Source of the DNA: a virus
Virus record (IMG/VR): IMGVR_UViG_3300047994_000145
Reading direction: 5' to 3' (one strand)
DNA: 52,695 nt
The notes under the pieces were generated by a model that was given only the letters and a program-made list of their open reading frames with translations, was not told the DNA's origin and did no database searches. The position numbers and the translations under genes are program-made. Below are positions 42,052 to 51,480 of the stretch, piece by piece (the stretch's first letter is position 1; each line of letters starts with the position of its first letter).

Positions 42052-45000
42052 ATGCTAAACAAGCAATCTATACCGATAAACTTCTCCATGGGGCTAGATA
42101 CAAAAACTGATAGTTTTCAAGTACCTATTGGTAAATTTGTCTCATTAGAAAACTCCATATTCACCAAGGGGGGGATGCTACAAAAGCGCAATGGCTTTGG
42201 TGCATTAACAACAATACCAAATGCATCTAAGACTAGTAGCGCCTACCTAACAACCTTTGGCGGTGATCTCACAGCGATAGTGAATGATACCCTCTACACT
42301 TATTCTGAACCAAACAGCACCTGGATAAAAAAAGGCAACCTCAATCCTGTTAGTTTAAAAGTATTGCCAGTGGTGAGAAGTGGAACCAACCAGATACAGG
42401 CTGACTCAGCGGTGTCACCTTCAGGAATTGCTTGTATCGTATATGGTGATAACAATGGAACCACAACCACGTTTAAGTACACAGTGGTAGACTCTAGCAC
42501 AGGTCAATGCCTTATTGTACCTACTGCACTACCATCAGCTGATGCAACTTATGGAACTCCAAGGGTATTTATCTTAGGCAGTTACTTCGTGATTGTATAC
42601 ACAACTCGTCCTAGCTCTTATCAATTAAATTATTTAGCATTATCCATCGGAAATCCATCACTTACGAGGGCAGGAGTACTATCAAACTCTTATGTGCCTT
42701 CAGCTTCCTTAAGTTGGGATGCATTAGTCACCAATAACTCTTTATTTTTAGCATACAACACAACTTCGGGAGGGCAGGCGATAAACATTACCGCATTAAA
42801 TCAAAATCTTATACAATCAGCAACTATATCAATCACCGGTGAAACAGCGACAATAATGAACCTGTCAACAGACAACAATAACATATATGCCACCTATTAC
42901 AACAGTGCAACAACTACAGGCAGAATCTTCTCATTTGGCTTATCCCTAGGTATTGCTATGGCACCCACGACCTGGACAACTGTCGGTGTGGTGAATAACA
43001 TAGCAGCGATCCCAGTGAACAACATCACAACCATATTCTCAGAGATACAAAACACATACTCATATGACACTTCGGTACAGACAGATTACATAAACAAGGT
43101 TACAGTGACCAACCCAGCAAGTTTAGGTGGAACCGGAACCGTATCAGCAAGCTCTGTATTCATTAGGGATTTAGGACTCGCATCTAAAGGGTTCACTGTG
43201 GACACTCAATCATATGTATTAACAATTCAATCTTCTGCTTATCAACCAACATACTTTCTACTTAACATGCAAGCGCAAGTGATTGCAAAGATTGCATATT
43301 CCAACGGACCTCAATACTACACCACCGGATTAACTGACGTTACAGTGCTAAATAACACAGCATATTTTGCCACCCTCTACAAAGACAACCTCATACCAAT
43401 AAATAAGACTCAAGGAGCCGCCACTGTAGCCGGTGTATACGCTCAGCTAGGTGTCAATTTAGACAGCGTTAATTTTGCACCAAATTCAATAGACACAACT
43501 GAGATAGGTAATAACTTAAACATATCAGGTGGATTTATTAGTACCTACGATGGGGTGTCAGTTACCGAGCAAAACTTTTTCATATGGCCAGAGTTAGACA
43601 CTAATGTAGATTCCAATGGCACATCTAAAGCAGCTGCTGTTATAAGTGGCGGTGCAATGCTCAAGCAACAATATTACTATGTTGGTGTATATGAATGGAG
43701 CGATAACCAAGGTAACATTTTTAGGTCAGCTCCCTCTATTCCTGTACCAGTAGCAGCCGCTAGTATGGCAGCAGGCAGCGGGAATGGTGTAACCATGGCA
43801 TTTCCAACCCTTAGGATAACCTACAAGCTGCAATCCCCCCCTAAGTTAGTGTTATACAGATGGAGTGCTCAGCAACAGGTATACTACCAAGTAACCTCGG
43901 TGACCTCACCAGTACTTAATGATCCAACAGTAGACTGGCTCACTATTACAGACCTTCAGTCAGATGCTCAGATCATTGGCAATAGCATATTATATACAAC
44001 TGGCGGTGTCATAGAAGACCTATCCCCCCCACCGAGTGATGTTATGACACTATTTGACAACAGAATGTGGGTACTGGACTCTGAAGATAGAAACTTGTTA
44101 TGGTTTTCAAAGCAAGTGATAGAAGCCACACCAGTGGAAATGTCAGACTTATTAACCCTTTACGTTGCTCCTACAATCGGAGCGTCAGGTTCAACAGGGG
44201 ATATAAAAGCCTTATACCCAATGGATGACAAATTAATAATCTTTAAGAAAGACGCCATGTTGTACATCAACGGCTCAGGACCAGACAACACCGGTGCAAA
44301 CAACGGATACTCTCAGCCGGTGCTAATCAGCTCAGTGGTTGGGTGCTCTAATCAACAAAGCCTGGTTGTTATGCCAATGGGCATAATGTTCCAATCAGAT
44401 AAGGGCATATGGCTATTAGGCCGTGATTTAGGCACCAGCTACATTGGAGCGCCAGTTGAGGCATTTACCCAAAACTCAACAGTTCTAAGCGCCTTGACCG
44501 TCCCAGGCACTAATCAGGTTAGATTTACACTGAATACCGGTGTAACCCTGATGTATGATTACTATTATCAGCAATGGGGATCGTTTATTAATATACCAGC
44601 TCAGTCGAGCACTATATACAACAGCCTTCACACATATATAAACAGCTATGGGCAGATATTTCAAGAAACACCCGGTGTATATATAGACAACACTTCTCCT
44701 GTTTTGCTTTCATTTACAACAAGTTGGATAAACTTTGCAGGGCTGCAAGGCTTTGAAAGGTTCTATCAAATGTATGTTTTAGGAACCTACATCACTCCTT
44801 TTAAACTTAACACCCAAATAGCCTATAATTATAACCCTAGTGCCATACAATCGACTATAATAACCCCAAGCAACTATGCAGGTAACTGGGGTAGCGAAAA
44901 CCTATGGGGCAGCAGTGGCACCTGGGGGGGCACTCAAAACGTGGGAACTGAAGGTAGCTCTAACGTGTTTGAGTTTAGACTGTTCCCACAAGTACAAAAA

Positions 45001-45150
45001 TGTGAATCATTTCAACTAACAATCACAGAACAATACGATTCATCCTACGGTGTACCTGCCGGACAAGGATTAACCTTATCCGGTATGAACCTAATCGTCG
45101 GAGCTAAACGTAGCTTCAGAACATCTAAAGCATCAGCTAATTTCGGTTAA
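42052..45150 (+). CDS. Large tail structural protein (1032 aa)
   Basis: Largest ORF in the genome; beta-rich Ser/Thr/Asn/Tyr composition; lies in the tail block. Confidence 0.6.
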   Translation: MLNKQSIPINFSMGLDTKTDSFQVPIGKFVSLENSIFTKGGMLQKRNGFGALTTIPNASKTSSAYLTTFGGDLTAIVNDTLYTYSEPNSTWIKKGNLNPVSLKVLPVVRSGTNQIQADSAVSPSGIACIVYGDNNGTTTTFKYTVVDSSTGQCLIVPTALPSADATYGTPRVFILGSYFVIVYTTRPSSYQLNYLALSIGNPSLTRAGVLSNSYVPSASLSWDALVTNNSLFLAYNTTSGGQAINITALNQNLIQSATISITGETATIMNLSTDNNNIYATYYNSATTTGRIFSFGLSLGIAMAPTTWTTVGVVNNIAAIPVNNITTIFSEIQNTYSYDTSVQTDYINKVTVTNPASLGGTGTVSASSVFIRDLGLASKGFTVDTQSYVLTIQSSAYQPTYFLLNMQAQVIAKIAYSNGPQYYTTGLTDVTVLNNTAYFATLYKDNLIPINKTQGAATVAGVYAQLGVNLDSVNFAPNSIDTTEIGNNLNISGGFISTYDGVSVTEQNFFIWPELDTNVDSNGTSKAAAVISGGAMLKQQYYYVGVYEWSDNQGNIFRSAPSIPVPVAAASMAAGSGNGVTMAFPTLRITYKLQSPPKLVLYRWSAQQQVYYQVTSVTSPVLNDPTVDWLTITDLQSDAQIIGNSILYTTGGVIEDLSPPPSDVMTLFDNRMWVLDSEDRNLLWFSKQVIEATPVEMSDLLTLYVAPTIGASGSTGDIKALYPMDDKLIIFKKDAMLYINGSGPDNTGANNGYSQPVLISSVVGCSNQQSLVVMPMGIMFQSDKGIWLLGRDLGTSYIGAPVEAFTQNSTVLSALTVPGTNQVRFTLNTGVTLMYDYYYQQWGSFINIPAQSSTIYNSLHTYINSYGQIFQETPGVYIDNTSPVLLSFTTSWINFAGLQGFERFYQMYVLGTYITPFKLNTQIAYNYNPSAIQSTIITPSNYAGNWGSENLWGSSGTWGGTQNVGTEGSSNVFEFRLFPQVQKCESFQLTITEQYDSSYGVPAGQGLTLSGMNLIVGAKRSFRTSKASANFG

Positions 45151-45152
45151 TC

Positions 45153-45169
45153 AAAGACTAAATACCGTA
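45153..45169 (+). promoter_or_regulatory. Conserved 17-mer AAAGACTAAATACCGTA, copy 2
   Basis: Exact copy 3 nt after the stop of the 1032-aa gene. Followed by a GTGAA/TTCAC hairpin. Confidence 0.55.
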
Positions 45170-45202
45170 GGTGAACGCTATTTAAGCATTCACAAGGATG
45201 TT

Positions 45203-45529
45203 ATGAGTTTATTTGGGGAATATATAAAAGAACGCCTGAATAAAGATATTGTAGAAGATGAAAAAGGCTTTGCCACCTATTACTTTGTCAAAGACGGTAT
45301 ATACTTAGAAGATATGTATGTGTTACCTGCTCATAGAAAAACATCCTGTTCCAATTACTTAGCTGACAAAGTTGCTAGTATTGGAAAAGAAAAAGGTTTT
45401 GATAAAATGTTCACAACAGTCATACCATCCACAAACAATGCGACAGTGAGCTTAAAAGCTTGTCTATCTTATGGATTCAAGCTACATAGCTGTGAACAAA
45501 ATTTAATCATATTAGTTAAGGGGATTTAA
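45203..45529 (+). CDS. Small GNAT-like acetyltransferase-fold protein (108 aa)
   Basis: GFATYYFVKDGIYLEDMYVLPAHRK... has a GNAT beta4-alpha3-like pattern, but the motif A glycines are not conserved. Confidence 0.4.
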   Translation: MSLFGEYIKERLNKDIVEDEKGFATYYFVKDGIYLEDMYVLPAHRKTSCSNYLADKVASIGKEKGFDKMFTTVIPSTNNATVSLKACLSYGFKLHSCEQNLIILVKGI

Positions 45530-45530
45530 A

Positions 45531-46667
45531 ATGGGCGCCGTCGTAGGAACATTATTTGGCTCAACACCAATACAAAATGAACAACTGCAGAATATTAACC
45601 AAGCTCAATCTGGCCAGGCAAATACTTATAATGGTCAACAAGCTCAATCTCAATTTGACATTCAGCAACAGCAAAATTTAGCAAACCAATTAGCTGTTCA
45701 AAACGGTATTGGTAATCAATCTCAAGTGTACAATCAGCAGCAAGCACTTGCTCAACAGCTAGGACAAATGGCACAAGGCCAAGGTCCTAATCCTGCATTG
45801 GCTCAGCTTGCTCAGACTACAGGACAAAACGTTTCTAACCAGGCAGCATTAATGGCAGGCCAACGCGGTGCATCTCAGAACGCTGGACTAATCGCAAGGC
45901 AAGCAGGTATGCAAGGTGCAGCAGCTCAACAGCAAGCAGCTGGACAGGCAGCAACCCTTCAGGCTCAGCAACAATTAGGTGCTGTCGGTGCATTACAGCA
46001 GCAACAAGGAATGTTAGGCAGTTTAGCAACCCAACAAGTTGGACAGCAACAGGGAGCGTTAAGTCAGGTGTCAGCCCAACAACTCGCTCAACAGCAAGCA
46101 GCAGCTAATCAGCAACAGATGGCAGCTAATATCGCTTATCAGCAAAATCAACAAAATACGGCATTAGCTCAAGCACAGACACAACAAGGTAATCAACAGA
46201 CAGCAATGTGGGGCAGTATTGCTGGTGCTGTAGCAGGTGCAGCAGGCGGTGGAGAAATTCCTGAGTTTGCTACTGGGGGCCCAGTATTTGCTAACTCAAG
46301 CAACCAAGCTGCTAACCTAAAAGCTAACTACAAAGGAAAGTCTAAGATTGGCGCACACTTATTTGCTCATGGTGGCAAACCAAGTCATTTAGTAGATGCA
46401 TTGGTATCCCCCGGTGAAAAGATATTACCCCCTAAAGAAGCCAAAGCAGCTAAAGACGGCAAAGTTAATCCAATGAAAGCAGGCAAAACCGTACCAGGCA
46501 AAGCAGCAGTAGGAGGAGCAATAAACTCCTATTCAAATGACACGGTCCCAGCAAAGCTTAAACCAGGTTCTATCGTACTACCAAGGTCGGTAACTCAAGC
46601 TGCTAATCCAGACGGCAAAGCCAAGCAATTTGTAGAAGCTATAAAGAGCAAAAAAGGAAAGAAATAA
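45531..46667 (+). CDS. Gln/Ala-rich internal virion (ejection) protein candidate (378 aa)
   Basis: About 230 aa of Q/A/G/N low complexity, then a Lys/Pro-rich C-terminus with SPGEKILP and KPGSIVLP motifs. Confidence 0.55.
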   Translation: MGAVVGTLFGSTPIQNEQLQNINQAQSGQANTYNGQQAQSQFDIQQQQNLANQLAVQNGIGNQSQVYNQQQALAQQLGQMAQGQGPNPALAQLAQTTGQNVSNQAALMAGQRGASQNAGLIARQAGMQGAAAQQQAAGQAATLQAQQQLGAVGALQQQQGMLGSLATQQVGQQQGALSQVSAQQLAQQQAAANQQQMAANIAYQQNQQNTALAQAQTQQGNQQTAMWGSIAGAVAGAAGGGEIPEFATGGPVFANSSNQAANLKANYKGKSKIGAHLFAHGGKPSHLVDALVSPGEKILPPKEAKAAKDGKVNPMKAGKTVPGKAAVGGAINSYSNDTVPAKLKPGSIVLPRSVTQAANPDGKAKQFVEAIKSKKGKK

Positions 46668-46668
46668 T

Positions 46669-48543
46669 ATGGCTAAGTTTCCTTTAGATTTCAGCAAGTT
46701 CAAGAAAACAGGTGGAGATCAACATCACACGGTGTTAGAAACCCCAGAAGGCCACTCTATAAAGATTGCTCATAAAGCTCTATCACCTAAGATGCGCCAA
46801 CAACTGCAAAAGCTTGAGTCAGTTCCAAGTGCTGCATCACAAAGCATGCCAGTGCAACAACCAATGGCTAACGGCGGCGACGTAGAAGAGACCAACATGA
46901 GTAAACTATTAGGTGGTATCAGGAAAGCTTTCGGAAACGACGATAACGCTCCAAAAACAGCCCCTGCTTCAGATGATGAATCTCCAGCTCCTATCACCCA
47001 GGCACCTGCCTCTCAGCCACCAGCAAACGGCACTAGGCGAGAAAAAGCATTAGGATCGATTAGAGATGCATTCAAAGCCGATGGCGGTGAGATTCAGAAG
47101 CCTGCAGACGGCGGCAGCACACCTGATGCGCAACCTCAACCTCTTATTAGAAAAGATAGTCCTTCTAACGGCTTTGGTGGCATTAGAGGTGCCAATGGCG
47201 GTGAGATTCAGAAGTATGCAGACGGTACACCTGATGTGCAGCCTCAGCAACCTGCACCGCAAGCTTCCCCTGATTTGTCCCAACTTTCCCAACAGCTGTC
47301 CCAAATGACACCTCAATCTGACTCAACACAACAACCATCCGACCAGCAATCAGCACCTGATCTATCTCAGACAGCACAACAGGTTCAGTCGATGCAACCA
47401 CAAGATCAACAACCAGAACCCCCTAAGGACGAGTTTACTAAGATTGGTGAGAATGCAGAAAAAACCGCATATGAAACATCTACTTATCAACTAGCTAGAG
47501 CAGCAGATGCACAGAAGGCAGCAGATCAGTTCCATGATCATGTAGAGAATCTTAATGACGATTATCAGTCTTTCCTAGATGATGCGCGACAGCAACATGT
47601 TGATCCTAATCGATATATGGCCAACAAATCAACACTAGGCAAGATCGGCACGGTGTTATCTGTGGCACTGGGTGGACTAGGTACCATAAATGGCGGCCGA
47701 AACGTGGCATTAGATATGCTTAATCGCAGCATTGACCAAGATATAGATGCTCAGAAAGCTGAACTAGGTAAGAAAGAGAATCTGCTAGCAGCTAACATGA
47801 GACAATATGGCAACGTGAGAGATGCTGCTGATATGAGTCGTATCATGGCTCAAGGCGTTACCCTACAACATCTTCAAGGATTACAAGCACAAGCAACCTC
47901 TCCAATGGCTAAGATGCAAGCTCAGGCCATGGTAACACAGCTTCAAAACCAAATTAACGCAGGAATGCAACAACTTGGAATGAGACGCATGTTACAATCT
48001 GGCAGTGCAAACCTACAAGGGATGGACCCAGCTCAGTTAGTTCCCTCATTAGTTCCACAAGAACATCAGAAAGAGGTTTTACATGAAATATCACAAGCTC
48101 AAAATGCCGCCCATAACGGTGATATATTGATGCAAAACTTTGACAAAGCTGCTAAAGAGAACACCATAGCAGGTAGAGTTGGCCACTTAGGATTGGCACC
48201 GCCATCTATATTAGCAATGAGATCCCTTTCACTTCCAATGATTCACGATGCAGAAGGCAGAGTTAACGAGTTTGAGCAAAAGACTTTAAGTGATCTAGAA
48301 CCCAAGCCCTTTGATACAGATGCTAGGGTTGCTGAAAAGAGACAAGCATTAAGAGCGTTCTTAGATCAAAAAGCTTCTGCGCCTACAGCTAAAGCTTTTG
48401 GTATTGATTTAAACAGATTCAAATCTACAGGCTCACCTGAAATGAGACTACCTCCACAGCAACAAGCAATGGTACAGTGGGCAAGAGCTAACCCAAATAA
48501 CCCTAACAGTGCAATATTATTGAAAAAATTAGGCATACAATAA
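46669..48543 (+). CDS. Internal virion (ejection) protein candidate (624 aa)
   Basis: Pro/Gln-rich N-terminal half with duplicated xGGEIQK(P/Y)ADG units; helical C-terminal half. Confidence 0.55.
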   Translation: MAKFPLDFSKFKKTGGDQHHTVLETPEGHSIKIAHKALSPKMRQQLQKLESVPSAASQSMPVQQPMANGGDVEETNMSKLLGGIRKAFGNDDNAPKTAPASDDESPAPITQAPASQPPANGTRREKALGSIRDAFKADGGEIQKPADGGSTPDAQPQPLIRKDSPSNGFGGIRGANGGEIQKYADGTPDVQPQQPAPQASPDLSQLSQQLSQMTPQSDSTQQPSDQQSAPDLSQTAQQVQSMQPQDQQPEPPKDEFTKIGENAEKTAYETSTYQLARAADAQKAADQFHDHVENLNDDYQSFLDDARQQHVDPNRYMANKSTLGKIGTVLSVALGGLGTINGGRNVALDMLNRSIDQDIDAQKAELGKKENLLAANMRQYGNVRDAADMSRIMAQGVTLQHLQGLQAQATSPMAKMQAQAMVTQLQNQINAGMQQLGMRRMLQSGSANLQGMDPAQLVPSLVPQEHQKEVLHEISQAQNAAHNGDILMQNFDKAAKENTIAGRVGHLGLAPPSILAMRSLSLPMIHDAEGRVNEFEQKTLSDLEPKPFDTDARVAEKRQALRAFLDQKASAPTAKAFGIDLNRFKSTGSPEMRLPPQQQAMVQWARANPNNPNSAILLKKLGIQ

Positions 48544-48552
48544 GGAGTTGTC

Positions 48553-51012
48553 ATGGCTGACAATGAAACCCCCCCAGAAGTGATGCAGTTCCTGGCTAAT
48601 CCAGAGCCTGCTGCCCCCGAACAATCTACCGCCCCCGAACAATCTACCCCCCCTAGTGAGCAGATGGAAACACCACCTGAAGTACTTAAGTTTATTGAAC
48701 CTGAACTTAAAGAAGCTAAGTACGGCACTATTACACAGATGGCTAAAACGGCCCTGGAAGGCGTAGGACAAGGTTTGTTAGGTCCATTAGCACCAATGGC
48801 TGAGGAAACATTAGGAGTTGACCCTGAGGATATTAGAGCCCGTGCAGAGGTAAATCCAGGAACTCATTTTGCCAGTGAAGCAGCAGGATTAGTCGCTCCA
48901 GCGTTAGTCACTGGTGGTGGAACTGGAGTACTATCTACAGCAGCTAAATTCACACAAGCGGGAGCTATCGACTCCATCGCCGCTAAACTAATTCCAGTAG
49001 CCGGTGAAACACTAGCATCTAAGATTGGCACCGGAGCAGCTAAAGCAGCAGTAGAGAACATGCTCTTCGGTGGATTTGACGAAGCGTCTAAACTAATCCT
49101 TAACGACCCTAATCAGTCGGTACAATCAGCAATCACATCCATCGGGCTAGCCGGTGCAATAGGCGGTGTATTTGGAGCAGGTGCAGCCAAAGTTGCATCG
49201 GCATTAGAGAACTCGTCCTTAGGTAAAGTAGCAGCAGATTTTAAGGCTCGTATCCAAGATCATATTAATAACCCTGACCCTGTGTCATCGATGACAGACG
49301 AACTAAGTAAATACTACGCTGATATAACCAAGCATGCAGATGAGGTGTACGGTACTACAGGACTTAAATCTAAAGCTGTTGAAGCGGCAATGCCTGAGAT
49401 GAGCGAAAAAATTACCGATCAAGCCAACGGAATATATAACAAAGTCAATAGTGCAATTAAGTCAATGATAGAAGACTCGTACCGGTATCCTCCGAGGCTC
49501 GCAATGCGGCTTAAGTCCGATCTTGATAACTTTACATTAGCAGTATCAAAAGATAACATTGTTCCTAAAGATATATTCAATGCTGCTCAAGACTTAAAAC
49601 AAACCCTCCAAGGCTATAGTAAATTTGACAAATTTGTAAAGCCCACCGATGATTCATATGATTTTGTCAATACAGTTAAAGGCTTAGCTCACGATTTAAG
49701 GACAAGCTTAGAAGACCCTGAGATCTGGGGAAAAGCTGCTAATGTTCAACAGGATATCAATAGCGCATTTAAAGCCTACCTACCTACCCTTAAGGACTTC
49801 GAAAAGAAGTTCACCACAGTTGTAGCTGGTGAGAAGCAAATAGATCCAGGCAAAGTAATGACCTACCTCAGACAGGTTGGCAACCCTAGAGCTGAAATCA
49901 AACAGATGATGCTTAAGAACTTTTTAGACACTAGTGAAAATTACAAGAAGGTCATATCTGACACCTATAGTAAATTAGGAGCGGAGAGCCCAGTGTTAGA
50001 GACTCCTCTTAATACCACCATGGCTTCTCTTGAGAAAAAGACCCTAGGTTCTAAATTAGCGGACACATTCATAGATCGTGGATTAACCGAAGTGGGCGGC
50101 AAAACAATAGGTGGAGCTGTAGGAGCAGGAGGGGCTAAACTGTTAGGCCTTCACAGTGAACTAGGAGCTCTGTTAGGTTCCCACGCTTTAGGACCATTCT
50201 TTAGCAGTGTACTGCCCGGTATCGCTAAATCCGTAGTATCAAAGGAAGTTTCTTCTGAAGGATTTAAAGCAGCTTCTGTTTATGGCGCTCAAGTAGCAGA
50301 TGGTGTACGACTGGCGGATAAAGCAGCCTCAGCTATCTTCAAAGAAGGCTCTAAAGTGTTGGCAGATCACATGATACCTAGTGATAAAGATAGAGAAAAT
50401 ATAGTTAAACAACTAAAAGCATTGCAAACTAATCCAGAACAGCAAATTGACAATATTCCTAAGGTAAACGACTATTTACCTGATCATGGCAACCTACTGA
50501 ATAGCACTACGACTTTTGCACTGTCCTACCTCAATAGTTTGAGAGCGGATCAAGATAAGAAGGCACCCTTAGATAGTAAACCGGTGCTGTCTAACACACA
50601 GAAATCTCAGTTTAAAAACGCATTGGATATAGCACAGCAACCTTTGATTGTTCTGGATAAGATTAAGAAAGGTAATCTCACTGCTCAAGATATTACTCAT
50701 ATGAACAGTATGTATCCAAATCTATATAATCAATTAAAACAAAAAGTTACTGAGGAAATGGTTAATCATATAGACAAAGGTAACACCGTCTCTTATAAAA
50801 CTAAGATGGGGCTTTCCTTGTTTCTAGGGCAGCCTCTTGATAGTACCATGACACCTAACGCAATTCAGTCGGCTCAGCCCGCAGCACCACAACCAACACC
50901 TCAACCAACTAGCAAGAAGTCAAGCGGGGTTAAGTCCTCACCAGCATTACAGAAGATGCCAAATCTATATGAGACTGCAGAGCAACAACGTACCTCAAGA
51001 GCACAAAAGTAA
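48553..51012 (+). CDS. Internal virion (ejection) protein candidate (819 aa)
   Basis: Gly/Ala-rich hydrophobic segments (GLVAPALVTGGGTG, GLAGAIGGVFGAGAA). Large size and position before the fibres. Confidence 0.55.
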   Translation: MADNETPPEVMQFLANPEPAAPEQSTAPEQSTPPSEQMETPPEVLKFIEPELKEAKYGTITQMAKTALEGVGQGLLGPLAPMAEETLGVDPEDIRARAEVNPGTHFASEAAGLVAPALVTGGGTGVLSTAAKFTQAGAIDSIAAKLIPVAGETLASKIGTGAAKAAVENMLFGGFDEASKLILNDPNQSVQSAITSIGLAGAIGGVFGAGAAKVASALENSSLGKVAADFKARIQDHINNPDPVSSMTDELSKYYADITKHADEVYGTTGLKSKAVEAAMPEMSEKITDQANGIYNKVNSAIKSMIEDSYRYPPRLAMRLKSDLDNFTLAVSKDNIVPKDIFNAAQDLKQTLQGYSKFDKFVKPTDDSYDFVNTVKGLAHDLRTSLEDPEIWGKAANVQQDINSAFKAYLPTLKDFEKKFTTVVAGEKQIDPGKVMTYLRQVGNPRAEIKQMMLKNFLDTSENYKKVISDTYSKLGAESPVLETPLNTTMASLEKKTLGSKLADTFIDRGLTEVGGKTIGGAVGAGGAKLLGLHSELGALLGSHALGPFFSSVLPGIAKSVVSKEVSSEGFKAASVYGAQVADGVRLADKAASAIFKEGSKVLADHMIPSDKDRENIVKQLKALQTNPEQQIDNIPKVNDYLPDHGNLLNSTTTFALSYLNSLRADQDKKAPLDSKPVLSNTQKSQFKNALDIAQQPLIVLDKIKKGNLTAQDITHMNSMYPNLYNQLKQKVTEEMVNHIDKGNTVSYKTKMGLSLFLGQPLDSTMTPNAIQSAQPAAPQPTPQPTSKKSSGVKSSPALQKMPNLYETAEQQRTSRAQK

Positions 51013-51027
51013 AGACTAAATACCGTA
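51011..51027 (+). promoter_or_regulatory. Conserved 17-mer AAAGACTAAATACCGTA, copy 3
   Basis: Exact copy overlapping the TAA stop of 48553..51012, 50 nt ahead of the fibre block. Confidence 0.55.
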
Positions 51028-51077
51028 ATTGAACCATCCCTAGTAGGATAACCCTACGAGCCTAACCGGAGGAAATA

Positions 51078-51479
51078 ATGTCAGGTCGCAAGAATAATTT
51101 ACTGTTGTTTCAAAATATTACAAATGGCAACATGTCTGGAAATCTCATATCAACGATAACAAACATACAACATTTGGATAACGTAGGTCTTCAACTAAAC
51201 TTCACTGGTTCTCCGTTAGGATCATTTCAAGTTCAAGTATCAGCTGATTACGCTCAAGATTTCAATGGAGCAATATCTAACCCCGGTAATTGGACCCCTC
51301 TCACTTTAAGTTACTTTAACGGAACAGCTTTTACCTCTTCTCAATCTATCCCAACGTCTGTTGGCAGTCCTATTTATTTGGATTTAAACCAACTTTCTGC
51401 GCCTTGGATCAGATTAGCCTACATTTATGGATCTGGTTCAGGTACATTGAATAGTTTTATCACTGCGAAAATGGTATAA
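51078..51479 (+). CDS. Hypothetical virion protein (133 aa)
   Basis: GGAGGAAA RBS. Confidence 0.6.
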   Translation: MSGRKNNLLLFQNITNGNMSGNLISTITNIQHLDNVGLQLNFTGSPLGSFQVQVSADYAQDFNGAISNPGNWTPLTLSYFNGTAFTSSQSIPTSVGSPIYLDLNQLSAPWIRLAYIYGSGSGTLNSFITAKMV

Positions 51480-51480
51480 T

